From Neovahlkampfia damariscottae (Eukaryota): a DNA stretch of 64,000 nucleotides. This document shows, one piece after another, positions 34,779-47,448 of this stretch. The translations under genes were made by a program, and so were the position numbers. The stretch covers positions 1 to 64,000 of the forward strand of contig JABLTG010000021.1 of the NCBI GenBank assembly GCA_016618085.1. Direction: 5' to 3'. Under the pieces are notes generated by a model. It did no database searches, was not told the origin of the DNA, and was given only the letters and a program-made list of their open reading frames with translations. Numbering within the stretch: the stretch's first letter is position 1; each line of letters starts with the position of its first letter.

Positions 34779-36205
34779 TCATTCAAATGTTTCCTTTTCA
34801 ATATTCCCCACAAGATGATCTATTTCTTCTTCAGAATTGATTTTATGATATTCTCTTCTATCAATTCCTCTCTCATCAACACTATCAAAGCTGTCAACAT
34901 CTTTTGAATCTTTTGAATCTCTTTTAGAATCTCTAGCTTTTGTTATGGAATTTCTTGAGGTAGAACAAGTTTCACCTTCCTTTCGACATCCACATGATAA
35001 ATTCAAAGGAACCAATTTCCCATATTTATTATATGTTGCATATTCCAATTCGTCTTCATTGATGAACTCTGGTTGGACAGTTACATTATGTATTCCATCG
35101 TGATGTAAAATTTGATGAATTTTATCATCAATTTCATTAAATTTCTTAAAATCTAATTCATACATAACCACATGCATTGAACAAACAGTCATAGAATCAA
35201 CTAATTGCCAAACATGAAAATCATGAGTTTCAATGACTTCATCAATATCAAGTAGTATTCTTTCTTGTATTTTAACAACATCAACATCACCAGGACTCTT
35301 TTGAAGTAAAATTGATGAAACAGTTTGAATTAATGGAATTGAAATAAACAAAATTATTCCTACAATGAAAAAACTACAAATTGGATCAATGTATGGAACA
35401 AATGAATATGTTTTGAAAATTGAATTCAAAATACCATTTGAAAGAACAATCAATGAAGAAATTGTGTCTCCAACATAATGCAAAAATGAAGAACTTAAAT
35501 TGGGATTCCGCTTAAATTTCAAATAACTTCTTTTAATGAAATTTTCTTCTAAATCAGTTGGTGCAGATTCTTCTTCTATTAATCCGAAAATACCAAATAT
35601 TGATGAACACAGAAGACTGATCAATATCCCACAAGCTTTGAAAAAGTTGTTAAAAAAAATTATGGTATGAATTACATGCAATAATTAAAATTGAAAAACC
35701 TCCTTTGACAGGTTCAGGATCAAAGAATTTAGGTACTAGAGTTTAATGGATTTATTGACTTACTTGCTTCAATAGTGATAAAAATAGCAGTGCTCAATAA
35801 TAAAATTGAATTTATAAGACCTCCTAATAACTCCGCTCTTTGCATTCCATAAGTGTAACGTTGAGAATTTCTTACTTTTGAGCTCTATGCAAAAAGTGAA
35901 TAAAAATTCAAAATTCAAACATAATCAGCCCAAAAAGAAATAATCATTGATATTACATCTATCAAGTTATGAATGCCATCACCGAGTAATGAAAGTGATC
36001 CTGTGATTCGATTTGAGGAGAAAACTATTTCTATGATTGCAAAAATGAACAAAGTTGAGCCCATAAGAAACATTAACGAATATTTTGGTAGTTTTGATTT
36101 ACAAGTTGTGGTATTTTGATTTCTGAGGTGCATCAATAGCAGGACATTGTTTGGGTTGGTTGTTTCAACTGCATACTCTCCAAAAGTCTCCGAAAATTTA
36201 TCCAT
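34779..36205 (-). CDS. Cation diffusion facilitator (ZnT-like Zn transporter)
   Basis: SLSLLGDGIHNLID, YTYGMQRAELLGGLIN, FLHYVGD, YIDPICS, HDFHVWQL, GIHNVTVQPE; 3 introns. Confidence 0.92.
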
Positions 36206-36479
36206 TTTTTTTTTGTTTCGATTTCGGAGTTTTTGGTTGAGTTGTTCATTTATTGGTTAAAGTGATCCGAATACAACCCCATTGGAGTGTTGAAATTGAA
36301 GGTCCAATTTTGAAGATTTGAAATATCTGATGAAGCAAGGAAAGTACATTGCCCTGCTCTTAACAGTTCTATGTAATTTCCTTGCTACAGGTGAACTGAG
36401 AGATTAACAAAATTCATAGATAGACCCCTACCTTTGTATTTATGAGTTAAAGTCAAGGTGTAACGTTCTCTCTAATCCG

Positions 36480-36812
36480 ATATTGAAACAACAAGCAAAA
36501 TATTATTTCACTCTTTCTTTTGAAAATTTTGTTGAAACTGATTATGCTACTGAAAAATATTTTGGAACTCTGATGACTGATACTATTCAAATTGTTTTGG
36601 ATTCACCAAAAATCCATGATCTTTCTCCGGTAAACGATAAAATTGTTATCAATGCAAATGAATACTCACCATCAGAATTAGCAAAATATCTTAAAAAACT
36701 GGTTAAAAATAAAAAGAAAATGGCACAACTTCGACATTGGAGATCAAAAGGAATCTCCAAAAAATTTCTTAGATACACCCATGGAAATGTAAGTTTTGAG
36801 TTACCCAAGTAG
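36480..36812 (+). pseudogene. C-terminal fragment of a GT10 alpha-1,3-fucosyltransferase
   Basis: KYYFTLSFENFVETDYATEKY (GT10 motif) and SPSELAKYLKKL; the upstream ~250 bp contains stops and has no room for the N-terminal two-thirds. Confidence 0.7.
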
Positions 36813-37119
36813 ATTTGAATTTCATTTCTTTCTTTTTAAATGAGGTTTGTTGATGAATAATGATTTCCTGAAAAGTGGAAACCAAAAATGTGAACAAATT
36901 CATAAATAAGTTCAAAAATGATGGTGGAACTTTTTTGGATTAATTCTTTTCTGTGGTCATTTAAACACACTCTCATAATTCAAATCCTTTTCTTTATCAG
37001 CTGAAAAACAATTGATTGGTTTGGACTATCAACAGCTTCACTTGATTTTCAAAATGATGTTGCTTTACCAATCAAATTGTAACACGTTGTTCTTCACCAA
37101 TTTTATCAACTAGAGGAAA

Positions 37120-38629
37120 ATGATTTTCGTCATGAACGGCAGAGGAGCAGCTCCATGGTTTGTGTTAATCCTATTTTTTGCCAGTTCTTTTTTTGTTTCA
37201 TTATTATCAGTAGATGATGGTGATATAAAAGAAGCAACACTGCTACATCGTTATACGACCACAACAACACAAAATCAAAAATCATCAAATTCCATTTCTT
37301 CAAAAATATTTCAAAGTTTTAAAAAAAAAGAAAAACATGAATTCACTCCTCCTTGGTTGAAAAATAACCAAAATTGGAAAACCATTTTAACCAAAACAAC
37401 AAACCATTCTGTCACTGTTTCAGTCATTTACTACAATGAAAAATCAACTATAGAACAATATGAAATTGAAATTGAACCTTTTGTTAAAGGAATCAACTCA
37501 AATGATGTTTGGATTTTTAAAAGAAAAATTGACATTGATGGAAGAATCATTATTGTTCAAACAACCAAAAATCAATGTTTAACTGTATTGTATAATAAAC
37601 AAAAGAATCAAAAAATGAAAAGATTTGGTGAAGTTATTTGTGAAAAAGAAAATTATAAAATTGAATTTCCTGGCAATGCAGAAGTATCAACATTTGAACA
37701 ATCATTGGAAAATCAAAATTGTTTTTATTATTCAACAGTATTTGATGAATATAAATTTAGATATATTTGTAAAAATGAATTCAAAAATGAATCATTTAAT
37801 GGTCCTTTATCAACTGACGAATCATATTTGATTTCAATTCAACAAAAAGATGAGTTTGTGTTTTTTTTAAGTTTTAAATATTAGAAGTACTATTTTTGGT
37901 TTGAATTTAATTCAAAAAATTGAATTTGGTATTCACAGATATCATTTGGAAATCATGTCTTTTACCAAAAAATTGAATGAAACAAATCAATTTGAAACTG
38001 TAAAATTTCGAAGAAAATCTGATATAAACCTTCAAACAACTAAAATGAATATTGTTCGTAAGTCAAAAAATGATGGTCTTAACTTTTTTCTTCAAAAAGA
38101 GCATTCAAAAGATTTGATCACTGTTTGTCCATTTGATCGTTATATTTTGATAATAGAAAAATTAAAAGCAACTTTATTTGATTTTTCACCATATCATGAA
38201 TCCTATCAATTGAAAAATTTGAAAACAACAATTGATGAAAAATCAAAATACATTTCAATCATCAACGGTTATAAAACAATTTACATCATTGAAAAGGAAG
38301 ATAAATGGTCATTTAAAAGAGCCATTATTCGAAGATATAAAGAGGTCATTATAAATTCAATATTTTTTGAATATGAAAATAAGAGTTATTTGTTGGTGTT
38401 CTATAAAGATGGATCTATTGGTAGTTTTGATTTTGGTGATTCTAACGGAGTTTCTTCATTTTTATTTTCAAAATGGAAAATCATTTTTGCAATTGTTGCA
38501 GTCATTTCAGTTTTTATTTGGAATGAAATTAATATTAGAAGAAGACTACAGAGACAACAGAACCAAGTTCCACTTCAACAAAGAGCAAATACACAAAATT
38601 ATGTTCCACCAATGACACAACAAAATTAA
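37120..38629 (+). CDS. Hypothetical membrane protein (N-terminal signal/TM, C-terminal TM)
   Basis: Two ORFs joined by a short intron (~37855-37885); hydrophobic N-terminus and WKIIFAIVAVISVFIWNE near the C-terminus. Confidence 0.7.
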
Positions 38630-38839
38630 AAAATACAAAAAATTTATTGTATTAAACATATTGAAGGCTATGATAGTTCAATTTAATTCCATTCTTTTCA
38701 GCAATTTCTCTCTAATTTTAGTTATTGATGAATGAAATTCAATTGATTTCCAGGTACATTATTTTTCACATAACCATATTTTATTCTGCTTGGTTAGAAA
38801 TAAATCAGACAGAAACAAAAAAATTCCCACCAATCGAAA

Positions 38840-41742
38840 ATGGCCATAAAAGTATGGCCTTTTTTCACGCATGATGAAGAAGTACCCTCAATTTTTTTTT
38901 TAACATTTTTCTTTAGGAAACAAGCTGTTGCTGGCCATTTTTTATTTTTAAACATGATGAAACAACAGAATTCAGTTGGCATCCTTTTGTTTTCAACCTT
39001 CGTTGTGGTGAAGAATTTTTATTGAACATATTCTTTTTTTTATTTTTTATAAGAAAGACTAGCAGTAGTTTTACAATTACTTTATTTTTTGGTTTATTTG
39101 TTTTCACTTCAGGAGATGATTATACTTGGTTTCATATTTTTCCATTATTCTTTCATTATTCAGGAGATGATACCTCCTTTCAAATGTTGTTTTTACTATT
39201 TATAAGAAAAAAAACAAGTGAATCAACCTTTTTAGCTGCTTTACCGTTCATTTGGATTTACGCTTCAAAAGATACCTGGAGTATTGGTTTGATTTTAGCA
39301 ATACATATTTATTGGAGTGAATTCAATTTTACATTGAATGTATTGCTCTTGCTATTTCATTTTTCAATTGATGATGACAAAAACTTTCATTGTATTTTAT
39401 TTCTATTTTTAGCTCTATACAAATCAAAGTACACAATAATAGTAATTATACCGATTTTGTTATCTGCTTTTCATGTAAATCCTGATGAAAAATCGATTTT
39501 CTTTACCTTATTTTTATTATATTGGTCATATGTATCTATTGATGATGGAAAATTTGAAATGACCATTTTTGCATTTATATTTTATTTATCTTTTGCTGAC
39601 AAAAAAATTGATGGATTTTATTTGTTTCCATTATTTTTATATTCAAATGGTGATAATGCTTTTTGTGGAAGTTGTAATGATGATTTAGTTTTTATTTGTT
39701 TCATTATTCCAACTTATATTTCATCTGAAAATAATAACATCACTATTTACTCGATTATATTTTGTCGAAGTATCAGTGGAAAGGATAAATTCTATTCATT
39801 GTTTATTGGCTTATTTATTTATACTGAATCGTCGTCAACAAAAAAATTATGGTTATTGGCTCCTTGCTTTTTTGTCATTTTCTCTGATGATTATTTTTAT
39901 ATTATGTTTTTGCCAACATTAACATTTTACTATAAAAATTATGAAAAACCAACTGATGCCTTGTATGCAACTGAATTCCTTTCAATCGCTTACTTTTTGA
40001 TTGGCTTTGGAAAAATTGATAATTTTCAAACAAATTGGGTATTCCCATTGTACCATTATTACAGTATTGATGATAAAGACGAAAAGACTCGTGGGTTATT
40101 TTATGGAACCATTTTAGGACATATTCATTCAAAACAAACAAAAGATGAATCTTTATTTAGATCATATTTAATCCCACTTTACTTTGTTACAAAAACATCA
40201 TACACCGGAGATAATGAATCTTCAATTTTTGTTTGGATATTTCCAATTTTCATTTACAAACAACCAGGTGGAATTTTAAAGAGATTAATTCATGGGGAAT
40301 TTGAAATATCAGATTATAAAATTCAAAATCATTTTCTATTCATTGCATTTACAGTTGAAAATACTGCTCAAAAAACAAAAACCTTTATTTTGTTTTTTGG
40401 TTTGATTGGTGGAGAAACGTGCACTGACTCGGAAGATTACAACACTTATTGGTTGCTTACGATGATCAAAATCAAAGAAAAAACTAAAACGAAATTTATG
40501 ATCCTTCCAATCTTCATATGGACAACAGAAACTGATCAAATTGATTTACTTTTAATTTTCATGTTGACAAGATTTACAATTGGAAAATATATTTATGGAT
40601 TCATTATTTATGGTCTATTACATTTCAATCATGACAAGAAAACAAGAGAAACATTGGTTTTACTATTTTATATTTACAGTTATTCTATCTTCAGATATCA
40701 AAAAGAGATTATTCACCGAAATACTAACAAAGGAAAGACATTTGTCACCAAAGCAAAGTTTTATCTTTATATTTTATGTTATTTTGAAAAGATCAATTCC
40801 AATTTCTTGATTAAAAATAACTCAAAAAAAGATGAAATCAATTTATTGGTTGATGAATATAATGCAGCTTCATCAAGATTTTATATGTCAATATTTTGGA
40901 TATGGACTCATTATGGATTGATAAATTATCTATTTGATTATACAGAACATCGTACTTTAATGTCTGTTTTCTTGCTTTTCAGATTTGAAAAAATTGAAAA
41001 TTTTCTTTCTTACTATGCAGTTGAAAATAGAAAGAAATTATGGAAATTTTCATTATTTTGGATTGCCACTGATAAAATTGCATTATATCGATATGAAACT
41101 TGTTTTGAAAATAAGTCATTTGAAAAGATCATTTCCATGGCATTTCTGATTCATTACCTCAAAAAAATTGAAATAACAAAAGACTCAGAAATTGAAAAAT
41201 CAACAACTATATCAATGATACCTATATTTTTACATTACAAAACAGCATTAATTCATCATTCAACTGTGTCAAGTGAAAAAAAAAGAAATTTCAAATTTTA
41301 TGTATTCCCACTAATTTGGTATGAAAAACAAAAAGAATCAAATTCATTCACCAAAGAAACAATCAGCAGTAATGATAATCAACACATTGAAAAATCAAAA
41401 ATTGATATTATTGACTTTTGGATTTTATTCCTATTTAGATATTCATATAATCACAAACAAAGTTTAATTTCAATTTTACCATTGATTCCATTCAAATCAT
41501 GGTTAACTTTTTGGTTATGTTTCATTAGATATGAGCATAATGAATTCAAAGGTACAACTGAATTCAGATTATTATATAGATTAATATTATACAAATTAAT
41601 TGGTGATGATTTAACACTTGAAATCAATCCATGGTTAAATTATGAAGTTGATTCACAAAAAAATGAATGGAACTTTTTAGGTGGAATATTAGGTAGAAAT
41701 GAAGAAGAAGGATGTAAAATATGTTGTTGTTTTTGTTTCTAA
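38840..41742 (+). CDS. ~950-aa aromatic-rich repeat membrane protein with Cys-rich C-terminus
   Basis: ATG 38840 (after CCAAT) plus an intron at ~38882-38916 joins in frame to the 906-aa ORF; recurrent (W/F/I)P(L/F/I)(F/Y) motifs; ends CKICCCFCF. Confidence 0.85.
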
Positions 41743-41759
41743 AAATAAATAATTATTAT

Positions 41760-42829
41760 TTAAATTGTTCCAGTACCAGCAAGACCTCCAAAAACAGCTG
41801 CAATTGAACCACCTCCTAAAACTATAATTGCTATAATTACAACAATAACAAAAACTACAACTGCAATAATGATTCCATAAAGAGCCCATTTTGATTTTTC
41901 TTGATTTCCTTGTGCTTTTTTAACATCTTCTACAGCTTTTTTAACATATTCATCAGCAGAAATTACATTGTTTTCAATATTATCAATTAAATCATCTTGT
42001 TGAGCTACCAATTGAGCCATAGTTACAAACATATCTTGTAATTCAATTAAACTTGCTTCTAACATTAAAATATCTTTTCTTGTTTCAACGGCTTCATCAT
42101 AATATGCATTAATTGTACCTTTTGTATTTAAATATTTTTTTTCTCTTACCTTGTTGTGATTTTGTTAAAATTTTTTTTTTATAAGCATCTTCATCAATTT
42201 GATTATTAGCCATCAATTCATCAACTTCATCTTCTGTTAAGTCTGGATTTGTAATCTTTACAGTTCTTTTCATTCGATCTTTATAATGTTTTTGATATTC
42301 TGCTTGCATTTCTTGATAATCTGTAATAAGAGCACCAAATCTTTTCATTAATTGTAAATGTTGACCTTCTCTCATTCTAATTTCTGCTGTATTTTTATTT
42401 TCAACTTCTTTTTTTCTTTTTTCTGTATCTTCTTTAAGTTTTTCAAGTGAGTCTTGTATTTTTTTAGTTGCCTGACCTGTACTTGTTATAATTTTATTTA
42501 ATTCTTCTTTTAATTCTTTTAAATCATTTTAATTTTTTTTATTATTCTCTTTACCATTTCTTTCTGAAGATACAGTTGAAGTAATTGCTTTTTTATGTAA
42601 ACTTTGAATTTGATGGATTTTTCCTTTAACTATATCCATATCTGCTTCAATGGATTCTACTTTTTTATTGAATTCTGTTAAATGACTATCTACATCTGGA
42701 TCCAATACGTCAACATCGATTTCTGCAACTTTGTCTTTTCTAATCTTTTTTTTTTTTTTAGTTTTTTTTTTCTAATGTTACTTCAATTTCTGGTACAATA
42801 CTTTCTAACTCTTCCAAACGATTGTTCAT
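41760..42829 (-). CDS. Plasma-membrane-type syntaxin (Qa-SNARE)
   Basis: MNNRLEEL start, Habc helices, LEASLIELQDMFVTMAQLVAQQDDLIDNIENNV SNARE motif, C-terminal TM; 3 introns. Confidence 0.92.
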
Positions 42830-43444
42830 GGTTTGTGGTTGTTTTTTTTGTTTGTTTTGTTGTTGAAAAGTTTGATTGGTGGAAATCAATAACGTTAACA
42901 TGAGTCATAAAATGAAATGAAATGAGTTTCAAATCTATTTTTTGAAACACCAAAAAAGAAGAAATTTATTTCAAGTGCATGGAATCACTAAAACAAGATG
43001 TGACCAATTTTTAAACGAAAACCATTTTGTTGTCACTTCTAGTGAAAATGATAAAAACCTGAAGAAAAAAAAGTACAAAGTTCAGAAAACCTATTCCACA
43101 ATCATTTTTCCGGTAAATGAAGAATATGAAGAAAATTGACAACAATCAAACAAGATGAAACTGATTTTCGAGGAAATTTGATTAACTGACAAGAACAAAT
43201 AATGTAGAGAAGCATAGCATAGAATCTTCAAAATTAAACTTTTTTTGAAATTGAAGCGATGAAATGTTTGTCAGTTAACAAATTTTGGACAACTCTATTT
43301 TTACAAACAAAAAAGGAAATTAAAATAACCAAACAGAAACGGATATACAGCTGTCTTAGTTTGGTGAAAAAAAGAATTTCTCACTCATTTTTTTATCCAA
43401 ATTTGGACAAATTTTTTTGAACACCAAAAAATCAACACAAATCA

Positions 43445-44532
43445 ATGGGACAGCATCATGAAACGTTTAAATTGATTACTCTTGGTACTGGATGTGTTGG
43501 TAAATCTACATTGCTCACACAATTGGAAAACAAATATTTTGATTCGAAAATATTTTGTCATGGAGATCATAAATACTCATTTGATGAAAAAAAACAAATT
43601 TTTGTGCCACATATTTACAAGAACTTGGTTGAAGTTACAACTGAAATTGGTGAATATTCAATCAAGAATAATGAAAAAGAATTCGAACATGAAAAGTCTA
43701 TCGAATACATCACATCTTTAATTGATTTCCAAGAAACTATAGGAACACATACATTAAACACAAATAAGGAATTATTTAATTTATACAAAAGTTATTTTCC
43801 TGTGATCTGGAATGAGAAAATCATGCAGAAAAATTTAACATCCCAAAAAGGAAAAAATTGTGATGAATATCAACAGTAAGACCACCAAAAACATATGAAT
43901 TTTTATAGTTTTATTTCAGAAGAAACTTTATCGAGACTTCAAAACAAGAATTATATTCCAACAGTAGAAGATGTTTTACATTGTCGAAGGAAGACCACAG
44001 GAATAACAGAATTTAAATTTAAGAATGAAATGAAAACAATTGATTTATATGATACAGGAGGTGAAAGAAATGAAAGAAAAAAATGGAAGAATTGTAAGAA
44101 AATGATATTCGAATATTTAACAAAATTTTGAAAGTGTTTCCACATACGAATTTAGTTATTTATGTCATTTCATTATCAAATTTCGATGAAAATGTTAATG
44201 ATTCATCTGTAAATGCCATGGATGATTCATTAGAAGTCTTTGAAACCATAATAAATTCACAAGAATTACAAAAAGTTTCTTTCCTAATTTTATTCAATAA
44301 GAAGAATGTTTTAGAGAAGAAATTAAAATCAAATGATTATTTTTATGAGAAATTTCCAGAATTCAAAGATAAAAATGAGGTAGACCAAATTGAAGAATTT
44401 ATCATCAAAAAGTTTAAATCAAAAATTCAAAATGAAAAATCTCCTGAGGTTTTAAGTGGAAATTTTTTTGACAGTAATTTTGTTGACGTTGTTTTTGAAA
44501 AGATTTTACAAATATTAGAACATCCAAAATAA
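43445..44532 (+). CDS. Divergent heterotrimeric G-protein alpha subunit
   Basis: GTGCVGKST, YIPTVEDVLHCRRKTTGI, DTGGERNERKKW, ILFNKKN; MG N-terminus; 2 introns. Confidence 0.9.
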
Positions 44533-44590
44533 AAGAAACTTTTTGATACATATGCTGGGTAACTCCACGGTCTGTTTTTCGATCAAAGGT

Positions 44591-45951
44591 TCAGTATTCA
44601 TTCAATTTTTCTAAAAATTGAAATATTTCCATTTCTATAAATTTGATCAAAAATCTTGGAGTGTGACCACATTCTTGTGATTTTGCAAGTGAAATGAATT
44701 TCAAATTTTCCTTTTTAATACTAGTATTTCTGAAAAACTGCTCTAATACTCCAAATTTTTTTCTTATTTCATTTTCTTTCAATATGAATTTTGGCATATG
44801 AGGTGTTGACCAATGTCTGCCAATAATTTCAAACATATCTTCATCTAATTCTTCATAGATTTTTTGAATAATAAAATCATTCATTTTTAATTGTAATTTT
44901 TCGATATTTTTTTTTTTCGCCAAAATTCTGGAAATTCTTGAACATTTTAGAAATTTCTTTTTTTCTTCAATTCCAAAACATTTCATTAAGAATTGATGAA
45001 TGATTATGTACAGTTTATGTCTTTCAGTTGTTTTCATTTTCTTTAATTGTTCTCGTAATTTGGTTGGTAGATTTCGGAATTTTTTAGTTGAGTAAGATTT
45101 TCCATTCATCACATTGACAACATTTTCTGCTATTTCATAAGATTTAAAATATAAAGCAATATCTGATAATCCAGGGTTATTTGTTGAAAAATAATCAAAA
45201 TCAATGTCCAATAATATTTTTGAATTCTTCAAATTCAAATCAATTTTCCTTCCCTTTTCTAAATTTATTGAATAAACTTCCACCTAATACATTATTAATA
45301 TCAAAAATATTACATGTTGTATATTTTCATATTGTTTTTGTTTCACCATTCGATCGGGATCAGCAAAATAGTCGGATGTTGAATTCACAAAAATCTTATT
45401 TGAATTTTTCAAATTTCCAATGGAAAAAGAAGTTTTCCCAGTTTTTGAATGAAATGGATCATAATATTGTTCGTAATTATGAATCCAAATAATCTTGTCT
45501 ATCAGACCCACTTAAACAAAAAAAAATATTAAAATTGAAAAATTCATACAATAAACCAGTGGAATTATGAAACTTGCAATTGAAACTCCATATTTATTTT
45601 TAATTTTATTCCATTTCCAGCTCAATAAATTTTTTCTATTTGCTTTTAGAGGTAAACTTAAATCAGCATCTTTTTCATTCATAAAAAAATAACTAAAAAA
45701 CTCTTACGTGAATCAATATGAAGCAGAGTATATTTTTCTTCTTTTAATATTCCATAGTTTTTTAACCAGTGTTTTAAAATTTTATCATGGGTGTCCACTT
45801 GAACAACATTGAAATTTTCATAAACTGTTTTTTGTGATGTGAAAGAAAAACAAACATCTTTTATGTTATCAAAAAAATAATCATCTTTTGGACATTTATT
45901 AACATGTGAAAGAACACTTGAAAAAAAAAACAACAACACCCAAAAGAACAT
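44591..45951 (-). CDS. UPF0489/C5orf22-family protein with signal peptide
   Basis: VVQVDTHDKILKHW, LLHIDS(H), SIASFIIPLVY, ILLDIDFDYFSTNNP, ISLAKSQECGHTP; 3 introns. Confidence 0.78.
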
Positions 45952-46012
45952 CAGTCAACAAGAAAAATCAACCAATAGAATTCTTTATTAGTTTTCAACG
46001 TCTAATTTTGTA

Positions 46013-46869
46013 ATGTTAGGTCAAAAAGATGGTTCAAAAAAGAGTTTTGGATTCTTAAGAACACTAGGAATAATGTAAATTTTATTCAAATTAACATGTA
46101 CACAAATAGAGCAGGCACAGTATTCGTTATTGGTGGTTGTGTATTATTACTTGCAATTATCATTACAGCTTTGGCAGTTGTTGCACCAAGAGCTCCTTTT
46201 TTAACAGTTTCGGAATTCAAAATATCTAAATTTTATTTACCTGCTTATTGTCCAAGTCAGACGGACACAGCTTGTTGTGCTGTTGGTGTTTGTGATTTAA
46301 CACTGAGGCAACCATCATTATTTAATATCACATTTGACGTAAATTAACCTCTTTTTTTTTATTCAAACTTTTTTGACAGGTTGGTTTTTTAATCGAAAAC
46401 AAAAATATCGCTGGTATTCACATTCGTCATTTTTTTTGACTTTTTGCAAAGGACCTCTTTATTTTGATGCATTAACTTTCACAATAAAATATCTAGATGA
46501 AACTGTAGCAATTGGTAATTTTGCTACAAAATTTCAAGAACCATTAAGTTCAAAAGTGGTAAGTGACTTTATTTCTGAAATTTCAAGTGGAAAATGACAT
46601 TAAATTGGGATTTAACAGCCGCTGGTGGTCCTAACCTTTTAAAAAAATTTGTATGTGCTATGGATACAGCTTATGTGAACAGTGGAGATAGAGACGCATT
46701 TTTCTCAGTTGTTGCAAGTATAACAGGTTTAAAATACTACATCAATCCATACACAGTTGGTGATATTATCAATCAAAAAACTTTAAACTTCACTGATTCT
46801 TGTCTTGGAACACCAGACGATTGTCGTGTTTCATCACTTCACAAAACTGGATTGTGTGAAAGTGTGTAA
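46013..46869 (+). CDS. Type II membrane protein, LEA_2-like luminal domain
   Basis: Single N-terminal TM followed by PRAPFLTV..NITFD..LYFDALTFTIKY..VAIG; several short introns; Cys-rich. Confidence 0.55.
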
Positions 46870-46880
46870 AATAAAAAACT

Positions 46881-47390
46881 TTATTCTTTTAAAGGTGATT
46901 TACGTATAAGAAGATATAAAGATGTATCAGGTTCAATTTTTAAATTTCTTGCATCTCCTGATAATTTCATTAACAAACCACCAAAACTAACATAGATTGA
47001 ACTGTTTGTGGTTTCAATTTTTTTTTTTTTTTCAACTTACACTTTTGTTCCTTCTGATTTAAATTTGAACACTTTTCCATACATAACATAATCATATTTA
47101 TCCATTAAAGATGGTTTTTCTTCTGTTCCTAACAAAGGATCATAAACACCTTCATCTTGACCACCTTTTAAATCAAGTGTTTTAGCTAATGCGTATGTAA
47201 GTTTATCACCAATATCAACTTGATAAATATCACAATTTATATCAAGAATCATGTTCAAATCAAAATGTTCAGAAGTACAAACTAAACGACTGACTTTATC
47301 AAATTTTTTTGTTTTTGTTATTTCACCTAATGATGGATCTATGTCTTTTACTTCAAAAATATCTTGTAATAAAATTGCGCTAGTGGACAT
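46881..47390 (-). CDS. RPB8: RNA polymerase I/II/III shared subunit RPB8
   Basis: KKFDKVSRL, LDINCDIY, SLMDKYDYVMYGKVFK, YVSFGGLLMKLSG; 1 intron. Confidence 0.96.
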
Positions 47391-47448
47391 TTTTTTTTTG
47401 ACTCAAAAGAAATAATAATCAAAAATGATTGGATAAAAAATAAATTAT

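Noticed and set aside
42900..43300. Short ORF 42942-43139 and nearby coding-like sequence
   Set aside because: Non-ATG start, stops in neighbouring frames, no recognisable motif.
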